The notes beneath the pieces are model-generated. The model searched no databases. It saw only the letters and a list, made by a program, of their open reading frames with translations, and was not told where the DNA came from. Shown piece by piece: positions 38,701 through 52,700 of a DNA stretch of 64,000 nt. How positions within the stretch are numbered: the first letter of the stretch is position 1; every line of letters begins with the position of its first letter. The position numbers were made by a program, and so were the translations under genes. Source of the stretch: Auanema rhodensis (lineage: Eukaryota > Animalia > Nematoda); contig OZ059896.1 of NCBI GenBank assembly GCA_964057225.1, positions 19,220,001-19,284,000 of the forward strand. Direction: 5' to 3'.

Positions 38701-41700
38701 AGATGATGGACAATGTTATTCAACGAAAAAATTAATTCTTCAGGGTGAAAATCGAGGATATAAGTGTGAACTTATATCAGTTGATATATCGGTGCATTTT
38801 TAAGCTAGCGCAAATCTCATAACACAGATCGACGCAGCTTAAAAATCCGCATCGAATGCACTATACTACATTGAGAAACGCTTAATACAAAAATTAGTTA
38901 TGATCGTTTGAAAAATGATGCATTAGTGTATGTTGAGTTTCCATGTACACTCAACATTGCTTCCAAAAACATTTTGACAAAAATTTTTTCGAAAAATTTC
39001 AAAATAATTTAGCAAAATGTAGATGTTTTTAGATTCCTTTTTTCAAGGCAAAGACGATGGACAATGTTATTCAACGAAAAAATTAATTCTTCAGGGTGAA
39101 AATCGAGGATATAAGTGTGAACTTATATCAGTTGATATCTCGGTGCATTTTTAAGCTAGCGCAAATCTGATAACACAGATCGACGCAGTTTAAAAATCCG
39201 CATCGAATGCACTATACTACATTGAGAAACGCTTAATACAAGAATTAGTTATGATCGTTTGAAAAATGATGCATTAGTGTATGTTGAGTTTCCATGTACA
39301 CTCAACATTGCTTCCAAAAACATTTTGACAAAAATTTTTTCGAAAAATTTCAAAATAATTTAGCAAAATGTAGATGTTTTTAGATTCCTTTTTTCAAGGC
39401 AAAGACGATGGACAATGTTATTCAACGAAAAAATTAATTCTTCAGGGTGAAAATCGAGGATATAAGTGTGAACTTATATCAGTTGATATCTCGGTGCATT
39501 TTTAAGCTAGCGCAAATCTGATAACACAGATCGACGCAGTTTAAAAATCCGCATCGAATGCACTATACTACATTGAGAAACGCTTAATACAAGAATTAGT
39601 TATGATCGTTTGAAAAATGATGCATTAGTGTATGTTGAGTTTCCATGTACACTCAACATTGCTTCCAAAAACATTTTGACAAAAATTTTTTCGAAAAATT
39701 TCAAAATAATTTAGCAAAAAGTAGATGTTTTTAGATTCCTTTTTTCAAGGCAAAGACGATGGACAATGTTATTCAACGAAAAAATTAATTCTTTAGGGTG
39801 AAAATCGAGGATATAAGTGTGAACTTATATCAGTTGATATCTCGGTGCATTTTTAAGCTAGCGCAAATCTGATAACACAGATCGACGCAGCTTAAAAATC
39901 CGCATCGAATGCACTATACTACATTGAGAAACGCTTAATACAAAAATTAGTTATGATCGTTTGAAAAATGATGCATTAGTGTATGTTGAGTTTCCATGTA
40001 CACTCAACATTGCTTCCAAAAACATTTTGACAAAAATTTTTTCGAAAAATTTCAAAATAATTTAGCAAAATGTAGATGTTTTTAGATTCCTTTTTTCAAG
40101 GCAAAGACGATGGACAATGTTATTCAACGAAAAAATTAATTCTTCAGGGTGAAAATCGAGGATATAAGTGTGAACTTATATCAGTTGATATCTCGGTGCA
40201 TTTTTAAGCTAGCGCAAATCTGATAACACAGATCGACGCAGTTTAAAAATCCGCATCGAATGCACTATACTACATTGAGAAACGCTTAATACAAGAATTA
40301 GTTATGATCGTTTGAAAAATGATGCATTAGTGTATGTTGAGTTTCCATGTACACTCAACATTGCTTCCAAAAACATTTTGACAAAAATTTTTTCGAAAAA
40401 TTTCAAAATAATTTAGCAAAAAGTAGATGTTTTTAGATTCCTTTTTTCAAGGCAAAGACGATGGACAATGTTATTCAACGAAAAAATTAATTCTTTAGGG
40501 TGAAAATCGAGGATATAAGTGTGAACTTATATCAGTTGATATCTCGGTGCATTTTTAAGCTAGCGCAAATCTGATAACACAGATCGACGCAGCTTAAAAA
40601 TCCGCATCGAATGCACTATACTACATTGAGAAACGCTTAATACAAAAATTAGTTATGATCGTTTGAAAAATGATGCATTAGTGTATGTTGAGTTTCCATG
40701 TACACTCAACATTGCTTCCAAAAACATTTTGACAAAAATTTTTTCGAAAAATTTCAAAATAATTTAGCAAAATGTAGATGTTTTTAGATTCCTTTTTTCA
40801 AGGCAAAGACGATGGACAATGTTATTCAACGAAAAAATTAATTCTTCAGGGTGAAAATCGAGGATATAAGTGTGAACTTATATCAGTTGATATCTCGGTG
40901 CATTTTTAAGCTAGCGCAAATCTGATAACACAGATCGACGCAGTTTAAAAATCCGCATCGAATGCACTATACTACATTGAGAAACGCTTAATACAAGAAT
41001 TAGTTATGATCGTTTGAAAAATGATGCATTAGTGTATGTTGAGTTTCCATGTACACTCAACATTGCTTCCAAAAACATTTTGACAAAAATTTTTTCGAAA
41101 AATTTCAAAATAATTTAGCAAAAAGTAGATGTTTTTAGATTCCTTTTTTCAAGGCAAAGACGATGGACAATGTTATTCAACGAAAAAATAAATTCTTTAG
41201 GGTGAAAATCGAGGATATAAGTGTGAACTTATATCAGTTGATATCTCGGTGCATTTTTAAGCTAGCGCAAATCTGATAACACAGATCGACGCAGCTTAAA
41301 AATCCGCATCGAATGCACTATACTACATTGAGAAACGCTTAATACAAAAATTAGTTATGATCGTTTGAAAAATGATGCATTAGTGTATGTTGAGTTTCCA
41401 TGTACACTCAACATTGCTTCCAAAAACATTTCGACAAAAATTTTTTCGAAAAATTTCAAGATAATTTAGCAAAAAGTAGATGTTTTTAGATTCCTTTTTT
41501 CAAGGCAAAGACGATGGACAATGTTATTCAACGAAAAAAATAATTCTTTAGGGTGAAAATCGAGGATATAAGTGTGAACTTATATCAGTTGATATCTCGG
41601 TGCATTTTTAAGCTAGCGAAAATCTGATAACACAGATCGACGCAGCTTAAAAATCCGCATCGAATGCACTATACTACATTGAGAAACGCTTAATACAAAA

Positions 41701-42685
41701 ATTAGTTATGATCGTTTGAAAAATGATGCATTAGTGTATGTTGAGTTTCCATGTACACTCAACATTGCTTCCAAAAACATTTCGACAAAAATTTTTTCGA
41801 AAAATTTCAAGATAATTTAGCAAAAAGTAGATGTTTTTAGATTCCTTTTTTCAAGGCAAAGACGATGGACAATGTTATTCAACAAAAAAATTAATTCTTC
41901 AGGGTGAAAATCGAGGATATAAGTGTGAACTTATATCAGTTGATATCTCGGTGCATTTTTAAGCTAGCGCAAATCTGATAACACAGATCGACGCAGCTTA
42001 AAAATCCGCATCGAATGCACTATACTACATTGAGAAACGCTTAATACAAAAATTAGTTATGATCGTTTGAAAAATGATGCATTAGTGTATGTTGAGTTTC
42101 CATGTACACTCAACATTGCTTCCAAAAACATTTTGACAAAAATTTTTTCGAAAAATTTCAAAATAATTTAGCAAAAAGTAGATGTTTTTAGATTCCTTTT
42201 TTCAAGGCAAAGACGATGGACAATGTTATTCAACGAAAAAATTAATTCTTTAGGGTGAAAATCGAGGATATAAGTGTGAACTTATATCAGTTGATATCTC
42301 GGTGCATTTTTAAGCTAGCGCAAATCTGATAACACAGATCGACGCAGCTTAAAAATCCGCATCGAATGCACTATACTACATTGAGAAACGCTTAATACAA
42401 AAATTAGTTATGATCGTTTGAAAAATGATGCATTAGTGTATGTTGAGTTTCCATGTACACTCAACATTGCTTCCAAAAACATTTCGACAAAAATTTTTTC
42501 GAAAAATTTCAAGATAATTTAGCAAAAAGTAGATGTTTTTAGATTCCTTTTTTCAAGGCAAAGACGATGGACAATGTTATTCAACGAAAAAAATAATTCT
42601 TTAGGGTGAAAATCGAGGATATAAGTGTGAACTTATATCAGTTGATATCTCGGTGCATTTTTAAGCTAGCGAAAATCTGATAACA

Positions 42686-45600
42686 CAGATCGACGCAGCT
42701 TAAAAATCCGCATCGAATGCACTATACTACATTGAGAAACGCTTAATACAAAAATTAGTTATGATCGTTTGAAAAATGATGCATTAGTGTATGTTGAGTT
42801 TCCATGTACACTCAACATTGCTTCCAAAAACATTTCGACAAAAATTTTTTCGAAAAATTTCAAGATAATTTAGCAAAAAGTAGATGTTTTTAGATTCCTT
42901 TTTTCAAGGCAAAGACGATGGACAATGTTATTCAACAAAAAAATTAATTCTTCAGGGTGAAAATCGAGGATATAAGTGTGAACTTATATCAGTTGATATC
43001 TCGGTGCATTTTTAAGCTAGCGCAAATCTGATAACACAGATCGACGCAGCTTAAAAATCCGCATCGAATGCACTATACTACATTGAGAAACGCTTAATAC
43101 AAAAATTAGTTATGATCGTTTGAAAAATGATGCATTAGTGTATGTTGAGTTTCCATGTACACTCAACATTGCTTCCAAAAACATTTTGACAAAAATTTTT
43201 TCGAAAAATTTCAAAATAATTTAGCAAAAAGTAGATGTTTTTAGATTCCTTTTTTCAAGGCAAAGATGATGGACAATGTTATTCAACGAAAAAATTAATT
43301 CTTCAGGGTGAAAATCGAGGATATAAGTGTGAACTTATATCAGTTGATATATCGGTGCATTTTTAAGCTAGCGCAAATCTCATAACACAGATCGACGCAG
43401 CTTAAAAATCCGCATCGAATGCACTATACTACATTGAGAAACGCTTAATACAAAAATTAGTTATGATCGTTTGAAAAATGATGCATTAGTGTATGTTGAG
43501 TTTCCATGTACACTCAACATTGCTTCCAAAAACATTTCGACAAAAATTTTTTCGAAAAATTTCAAGATAATTTAGCAAAAAGTAGATGTTTTTAGATTCC
43601 TTTTTTCAAGGCAAAGACGATGGACAATGTTATTCAACAAAAAAATTAATTCTTCAGGGTGAAAATCGAGGATATAAGTGTGAACTTATATCAGTTGATA
43701 TCTCGGTGCATTTTTAAGCTAGCGCAAATCTGATAACAAAGATCGACGCAGCTTAAAAATCCGCATCGAATGCACTATACTACATTGAGAAACGCTTAAT
43801 ACAAAAATTAGTTATGATCGTTTGAAAAATGATGCATTAGTGTATGTTGAGTTTCCATGTACACTCAACATTGCTTCCAAAAACATTTTGACAAAAATTT
43901 TTTCGAAAAATTTCAAAATAATTTAGCAAAAAGTAGATGTTTTAGATTCCTTTTTTCAAGGCAAAGACGATGGACAATGTTATTCAACAAAAAAATTAGT
44001 TCTTCAGGGTGAAAATCGAGTATATAAGTGTGAACTTATATCAGTTGATATCTCGGTGCATTTTTAAGCTAGCGCAAATCTCATAACACAGATCGACGCA
44101 GCTTAAAAATCCGCATCGAATGCACTATACTACATTGAGAAACGCTTAATACAAAAATTAGTTATGATCGTTTGAAAAATGATGCATTAGTGTATGTTGA
44201 GTTTCCATGTACACTCAACATTGCTTCCAAAAACATTTTGACAAAAATTTTTTCGAAAAATTTCAAAATAATTTAGCAAAAAGTAGTTGTTTTTAGATTC
44301 CTTTTTTCAAGGCAAAGACGATGGACAATGTTATTCAACGAAAAAATTAATTCTTCAGGGTGAAAATCGAGGATATAAGTGTGAACTTATATCAGTTGAT
44401 ATCTCGGTGCATTTTTAAGCTAGCGCAAATCTGATAACACAGATCGACGCAGCTTAAAAATCCGCATCGAATGCACTATACTACATTGAGAAACGCTTAA
44501 TACAAAAATTAGTTATGATCGTTTGAAAAATGATGCATTAGTGTATGTTGAGTTTCCATGTACACTCAACATTGCTTCCAAAAACATTTTGACAAAAATT
44601 TTTTCGAAAAATTTCAAAATAATTTAGCAAAGAGTAGATGTTTTTAGATTCCTTTTTTCAAGGCAAAGACGATGGACAATGTTATTCAACGAAAAAAATA
44701 ATTCTTTAGGGTGAAAATCGAGGATATAAGTGTGAACTTATATCAGTTGATATCTCGGTGCATTTTTAAGCTAGCGCAAATCTGATAACACAGATCGACG
44801 CAGCTTAAAAATCCGCATCGAATGCACTATACTACATTGAGAAACGCTTAATACAAAAATTAGTTATGATCGTTTGAAAAATGATGCATTAGTGTATGTT
44901 GAGTTTCCATGTACACTCAACATTGCTTCCAAAAACATTTCGACAAAAATTTTTTCGAAAAATTTCAAGATAATTTAGCAAAAAGTAGATGTTTTTAGAT
45001 TCCTTTTTTCAAGGCAAAGACGATGGACAATGTTATTCAACAAAAAAATTAATTCTTCAGGGTGAAAATCGAGGATATAAGTGTGAACTTATATCAGTTG
45101 ATATCTCGGTGCATTTTTAAGCTAGCGCAAATCTGATAACACAGATCGACGCAGCTTAAAAATCCGCATCGAATGCACTATACTACATTGAGAAACGCTT
45201 AATACAAAAATTAGTTATGATCGTTTGAAAAATGATGCATTAGTGTATGTTGAGTTTCCATGTACACTCAACATTGCTTCCAAAAACATTTTGACAAAAA
45301 TTTTTTCGAAAAATTTCAAAATAATTTAGCAAAAAGTAGATGTTTTTAGATTCCTTTTTTCAAGGCAAAGACGATGGACAATGTTATTCAACGAAAAAAA
45401 ATTAATTCTTCAGGGTGAAAATCGAGGATATAAGTGTGAACTTATATCAGTTGATATATCGGTGCATTTTTAAGCTAGCGCAAATCTCATAACACAGATC
45501 GACGCAGCTTAAAAATCCGCATCGAATGCACTATACTACATTGAGAAACGCTTAATACAAAAATTAGTTATGATCGTTTGAAAAATGATGCATTAGTGTA

Positions 45601-48303
45601 TGTTGAGTTTCCATGTACACTCAACATTGCTTCCAAAAACATTTCGACAAAAATTTTTTCGAAAAATTTCAAGATAATTTAGCAAAAAGTAGATGTTTTT
45701 AGATTCCTTTTTTCAAGGCAAAGACGATGGACAATGTTATTCAACAAAAAAATTAATTCTTCAGGGTGAAAATCGAGGATATAAGTGTGAACTTATATCA
45801 GTTGATATCTCGGTGCATTTTTAAGCTAGCGCAAATCTGATAACACAGATCGACGCAGCTTAAAAATCCGCATCGAATGCACTATACTACATTGAGAAAC
45901 GCTTAATACAAAAATTAGTTATGATCGTTTGAAAAATGATGCATTAGTGTATGTTGAGTTTCCATGTACACTCAACATTGCTTCCAAAAACATTTTGACA
46001 AAAATTTTTTCGAAAAATTTCAAAATAATTTAGCAAAAAGTAGATGTTTTTAGATTCCTTTTTTCAAGGCAAAGATGATGGACAATGTTATTCAACGAAA
46101 AAATTAATTCTTCAGGGTGAAAATCGAGGATATAAGTGTGAACTTATATCAGTTGATATATCGGTGCATTTTTAAGCTAGCGCAAATCTCATAACACAGA
46201 TCGACGCAGCTTAAAAATCCGCATCGAATGCACTATACTACATTGAGAAACGCTTAATACAAAAATTAGTTATGATCGTTTGAAAAATGATGCATTAGTG
46301 TATGTTGAGTTTCCATGTACACTCAACATTGCTTCCAAAAACATTTCGACAAAAATTTTTTCGAAAAATTTCAAGATAATTTAGCAAAAAGTAGATGTTT
46401 TTAGATTCCTTTTTTCAAGGCAAAGACGATGGACAATGTTATTCAACAAAAAAATTAATTCTTCAGGGTGAAAATCGAGGATATAAGTGTGAACTTATAT
46501 CAGTTGATATCTCGGTGCATTTTTAAGCTAGCGCAAATCTGATAACAAAGATCGACGCAGCTTAAAAATCCGCATCGAATGCACTATACTACATTGAGAA
46601 ACGCTTAATACAAAAATTAGTTATGATCGTTTGAAAAATGATGCATTAGTGTATGTTGAGTTTCCATGTACACTCAACATTGCTTCCAAAAACATTTTGA
46701 CAAAAATTTTTTCGAAAAATTTCAAAATAATTTAGCAAAAAGTAGATGTTTTAGATTCCTTTTTTCAAGGCAAAGACGATGGACAATGTTATTCAACAAA
46801 AAAATTAGTTCTTCAGGGTGAAAATCGAGTATATAAGTGTGAACTTATATCAGTTGATATCTCGGTGCATTTTTAAGCTAGCGCAAATCTCATAACACAG
46901 ATCGACGCAGCTTAAAAATCCGCATCGAATGCACTATACTACATTGAGAAACGCTTAATACAAAAATTAGTTATGATCGTTTGAAAAATGATGCATTAGT
47001 GTATGTTGAGTTTCCATGTACACTCAACATTGCTTCCAAAAACATTTTGACAAAAATTTTTTCGAAAAATTTCAAAATAATTTAGCAAAAAGTAGTTGTT
47101 TTTAGATTCCTTTTTTCAAGGCAAAGACGATGGACAATGTTATTCAACGAAAAAATTAATTCTTCAGGGTGAAAATCGAGGATATAAGTGTGAACTTATA
47201 TCAGTTGATATCTCGGTGCATTTTTAAGCTAGCGCAAATCTGATAACACAGATCGACGCAGCTTAAAAATCCGCATCGAATGCACTATACTACATTGAGA
47301 AACGCTTAATACAAAAATTAGTTATGATCGTTTGAAAAATGATGCATTAGTGTATGTTGAGTTTCCATGTACACTCAACATTGCTTCCAAAAACATTTTG
47401 ACAAAAATTTTTTCGAAAAATTTCAAAATAATTTAGCAAAGAGTAGATGTTTTTAGATTCCTTTTTTCAAGGCAAAGACGATGGACAATGTTATTCAACG
47501 AAAAAAATAATTCTTTAGGGTGAAAATCGAGGATATAAGTGTGAACTTATATCAGTTGATATCTCGGTGCATTTTTAAGCTAGCGCAAATCTGATAACAC
47601 AGATCGACGCAGCTTAAAAATCCGCATCGAATGCACTATACTACATTGAGAAACGCTTAATACAAAAATTAGTTATGATCGTTTGAAAAATGATGCATTA
47701 GTGTATGTTGAGTTTCCATGTACACTCAACATTGCTTCCAAAAACATTTCGACAAAAATTTTTTCGAAAAATTTCAAGATAATTTAGCAAAAAGTAGATG
47801 TTTTTAGATTCCTTTTTTCAAGGCAAAGACGATGGACAATGTTATTCAACAAAAAAATTAATTCTTCAGGGTGAAAATCGAGGATATAAGTGTGAACTTA
47901 TATCAGTTGATATCTCGGTGCATTTTTAAGCTAGCGCAAATCTGATAACACAGATCGACGCAGCTTAAAAATCCGCATCGAATGCACTATACTACATTGA
48001 GAAACGCTTAATACAAAAATTAGTTATGATCGTTTGAAAAATGATGCATTAGTGTATGTTGAGTTTCCATGTACACTCAACATTGCTTCCAAAAACATTT
48101 TGACAAAAATTTTTTCGAAAAATTTCAAAATAATTTAGCAAAAAGTAGATGTTTTTAGATTCCTTTTTTCAAGGCAAAGACGATGGACAATGTTATTCAA
48201 CGAAAAAAAATTAATTCTTCAGGGTGAAAATCGAGGATATAAGTGTGAACTTATATCAGTTGATATATCGGTGCATTTTTAAGCTAGCGCAAATCTCATA
48301 ACA
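42686..48303. repeat. Tandem duplication of an 8-monomer unit (2,809 bp)
   Basis: Rare marks recur 2,809 bp apart: ACAAAGATC (~43740/46549), a 1-bp T deletion (~43940/46749), GTAGTTGT, CAAAGAGTAG, and a 2-bp A insertion (~45395/48204). Confidence 0.9.
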
Positions 48304-49707
48304 CAGATCGACGCAGCTTAAAAATCCGCATCGAATGCACTATACTACATTGAGAAACGCTTAATACAAAAATTAGTTATGATCGTTTGAAAAATGATGC
48401 ATTAGTGTATGTTGAGTTTCCATGTACACTCAACATTGCTTCCAAAAACATTTCGACAAAAATTTTTTCGAAAAATTTCAAGATAATTTAGCAAAAAGTA
48501 GATGTTTTTAGATTTCTTTTTTCAAGGCAAAGACGATGGACAATGTTATTCAACAAAAAAATTAATTCTTCAGGGTGAAAATCGAGGATATAAGTGTGAA
48601 CTTATATCAGTTGATATCTCGGTGCATTTTTAAGCTAGCGCAAATCTGATAACACAGATCGACGCAGCTTAAAAATCCGCATCGAATGCACTATACTACA
48701 TTGAGAAACGCTTAATACGAAAATTAGTTATGATCGTTTGAAAAATGATGCATTAGTGTATGTTGAGTTTCCATGTACACTCAACATTGCTTCCAAAAAC
48801 ATTTTGACAAAAATTTTTTCGAAAAATTTCAAAATAATTTAGCAAAAAGTAGATGTTTTTAGATTCCTTTTTTCAAGGCAAAGACGATGGACAATGTTAT
48901 TCAACAAAAAAATTAGTTCTTCAGGGTGAAAATCGAGTATATAAGTGTGAACTTATATCAGTTGATATCTCGGTGCATTTTTAAGCTAGCGCAAATCTCA
49001 TAACACAGATCGACGCAGCTTAAAAATCCGCATCGAATGCACTATACTACATTGAGAAACGCTTAATACAAAAATTAGTTATGATCGTTTGAAAAATGAT
49101 GCATTAGTGTATGTTGAGTTTCCATGTACACTCAACATTGCTTCCAAAAACATTTTGACAAAAATTTTTTCGAAAAATTTCAAAATAATTTAGCAAAAAG
49201 TAGATGTTTTTAGATTCCTTTTTTCAAGGCAAAGACGATGGACAATGTTATTCAACGAAAAAATTAATTCTTCAGGGTGAAAATCGAGGATATAAGTGTG
49301 AACTTATATCAGTTGATATCTCGGTGCATTTTTAAGCTAGCGCAAATCTGATAACACAGATCGACGCAGCTTAAAAATCCGCATCGAATGCACTATACTA
49401 CATTGAGAAACGCTTAATACAAAAATTAGTTATGATCGTTTGAAAAATGATGCATTAGTGTATGTTGAGTTTCCATGTACACTCAACATTGCTTCCAAAA
49501 ACATTTTGACAAAAATTTTTTCGAAAAATTTCAAAATAATTTAGCAAAAAGTAGATGTTTTTAGATTTCTTTTTTCAAGGCAAAGACGATGGACAATGTT
49601 ATTCAACGAAAAAATTAATTCTTCAGGGTGAAAATCGAGGATATAAGTGTGAACTTATATCAGTTGATATATCGGTGCATTTTTAAGCTAGCGCAAATCT
49701 GATAACA

Positions 49708-52700
49708 CAGATCGACGCAGTTTAAAAATCCGCATCGAATGCACTATACTACATTGAGAAACGCTTAATACAAGAATTAGTTATGATCGTTTGAAAAATG
49801 ATGCATTAGTGTATGTTGAGTTTCCATGTACACTCAACATTGCTTCCAAAAACATTTTGACAAAAATTTTTTCGAAAAATTTCAAAATAATTTAGCAAAA
49901 AGTAGATGTTTTTGGATTCCTTTTTTCAAGGCAAAGACGATGGACAATGTTATTCAACGAAAAAAATAATTCTTTAGGGTGAAAATCGAGGATATAAGTG
50001 TGAACTTATATCAGTTGATATCTCGGTGCATTTTTAAGCTAGCGCAAATCTGATAACACAGATCGACGCAGCTTAAAAATCCGCATCGAATGCACTATAC
50101 TACATTGAGAAACGCTTAATACAAAAATTAGTTATGATCGTTTGAAAAATGATGCATTAGTGTATGTTGAGTTTCCATGTACACTCAACATTGCTTCCAA
50201 AAACATTTTGACAAAACTTTTTTCGAAAAATTTCAAAATAATTTAGCAAAAAGTAGATGTTTTTAGATTTCTTTTTTCAAGGCAAAGACGATGGACAATG
50301 TTATTCAACGAAAAAAATAATTCTTTAGGGTGAAAATCGAGGATATAAGTGTGAACTTATATCAGTTGATATCTCGGTGCATTTTTAAGCTAGCGCAAAT
50401 CTGATAACACAGATCGACGCAGCTTAAAAATCCGCATCGAATGCACTATACTACATTGAGAAACGCTTAATACAAAAATTAGTTATGATCGTTTGAAAAA
50501 TGATGCAATAGTGTATGTTGAGTTTCCATGTACACTCAACATTGCTTCCAAAAACATTTTGACAAAAATTTTTTCGAAAAATTTCAAAATAATTTAGCAA
50601 AAAGTAGATGTTTTTAGATTCTTTTTTTCAAGGCAAAGACGATGGACAATGTTATTCAACGAAAAAAATAATTCTTTAGGGTGAAAATCGAGGATATAAG
50701 TGTGAACTTATATCAGTTGATATCTCGGTGCATTTTTAAGCTAGCGCAAATCTGATAACACAGATCGACGCAGCTTAAAAATCCGCATCGAATGCACTAT
50801 ACTACATTGAGAAACGCTTAATACAAGAATTAGTTATGATCGTTTGAAAAATGATGCATTAGTGTATGTTGAGTTTCCATGTACACTCAACATTGCTTCC
50901 AAAAACATTTTGACAAAAATTTTTTCGAAAAATTTCAAAATAATTTAGCAAAAAGTAGATGTTTTTGGATTCCTTTTTTCAAGGCAAAGACGATGGACAA
51001 TGTTATTCAACGAAAAAAATAATTCTTTAGGGTGAAAATCGAGGATATAAGTGTGAACTTATATCAGTTGATATCTCGGTGCATTTTTAAGCTAGCGCAA
51101 ATCTGATAACACAGATCGACGCAGCTTAAAAATCCGCATCGAATGCACTATACTACATTGAGAAACGCTTAATACAAAAATTAGTTATGATCGTTTGAAA
51201 AATGATGCATTAGTGTATGTTGAGTTTCCATGTACACTCAACATTGCTTCCAAAAACATTTTGACAAAACTTTTTTCGAAAAATTTCAAAATAATTTAGC
51301 AAAAAGTAGATGTTTTTAGATTTCTTTTTTCAAGGCAAAGACGATGGACAATGTTATTCAACGAAAAAAATAATTCTTTAGGGTGAAAATCGAGGATATA
51401 AGTGTGAACTTATATCAGTTGATATCTCGGTGCATTTTTAAGCTAGCGCAAATCTGATAACACAGATCGACGCAGCTTAAAAATCCGCATCGAATGCACT
51501 ATACTACATTGAGAAACGCTTAATACAAAAATTAGTTATGATCGTTTGAAAAATGATGCAATAGTGTATGTTGAGTTTCCATGTACACTCAACATTGCTT
51601 CCAAAAACATTTTGACAAAAATTTTTTCGAAAAATTTCAAAATAATTTAGCAAAAAGTAGATGTTTTTAGATTCTTTTTTTCAAGGCAAAGACGATGGAC
51701 AATGTTATTCAACGAAAAAAATAATTCTTTAGGGTGAAAATCGAGGATATAAGTGTGAACTTATATCAGTTGATATCTCGGTGCATTTTTAAGCTAGCGC
51801 AAATCTGATAACACAGATCGACGCAGCTTAAAAATCCGCATCGAATGCACTATACTACATTGAGAAACGCTTAATACAAGAATTAGTTATGATCGTTTGA
51901 AAAATGATGCATTAGTGTATGTTGAGTTTCCATGTACACTCAACATTGCTTCCAAAAACATTTTGACAAAAATTTTTTCGAACAATTTCAAAATAATTTA
52001 GCAAAAAGTAGATGTTTTTGGATTCCTTTTTTCAAGGCAAAGACGATGGACAATGTTATTCAACGAAAAAATTAATTCTTTAGGGTGAAAATCGAGGATA
52101 TAAGTGTGAACTTATATCAGTTGATATCTCGGTGCATTTTTAAGCTAGCGCAAATCTGATAACACAGATCGACGCAGCTTAAAAATCCGCATCGAATGCA
52201 CTATACTACATTGAGAAACGCTTAATACAAAACTTAGTTATGATCGTTTGAAAAATGATGCATTAGTGTATGTTGAGTTTCCATGTACACTCAACATTGC
52301 TTCCAAAAACATTTTGACAAAAATTTTTTCGAAAAATTTCAAAATAATTTAGCAAAAAGTAGATGTTTTTAGATTCCTTTTTTCAAGGCAAAGACGATGG
52401 ACAATGTTATTCAACGAAAAAATTAATTCTTCAGGGTGAAAATCGAGGATATAAGTGTGAACTTATACCAGTTGATATCTCGGTGCATTTTTAAGCTAGC
52501 GCAAATCTGATAACACAGATCGACGCAGCTTAAAAATCCGCATCGAATGCACTATACTACATTGAGAAACGCTTAATACAAAAATTAGTTATGATCGTTT
52601 GAAAAATGATGCATTAGTGTATGTTGAGTTTCCATGTACACTCAACATTGCTTCCAAAAACATTTTGACAAAACTTTTTTCGAAAAATTTCAAAATAATT

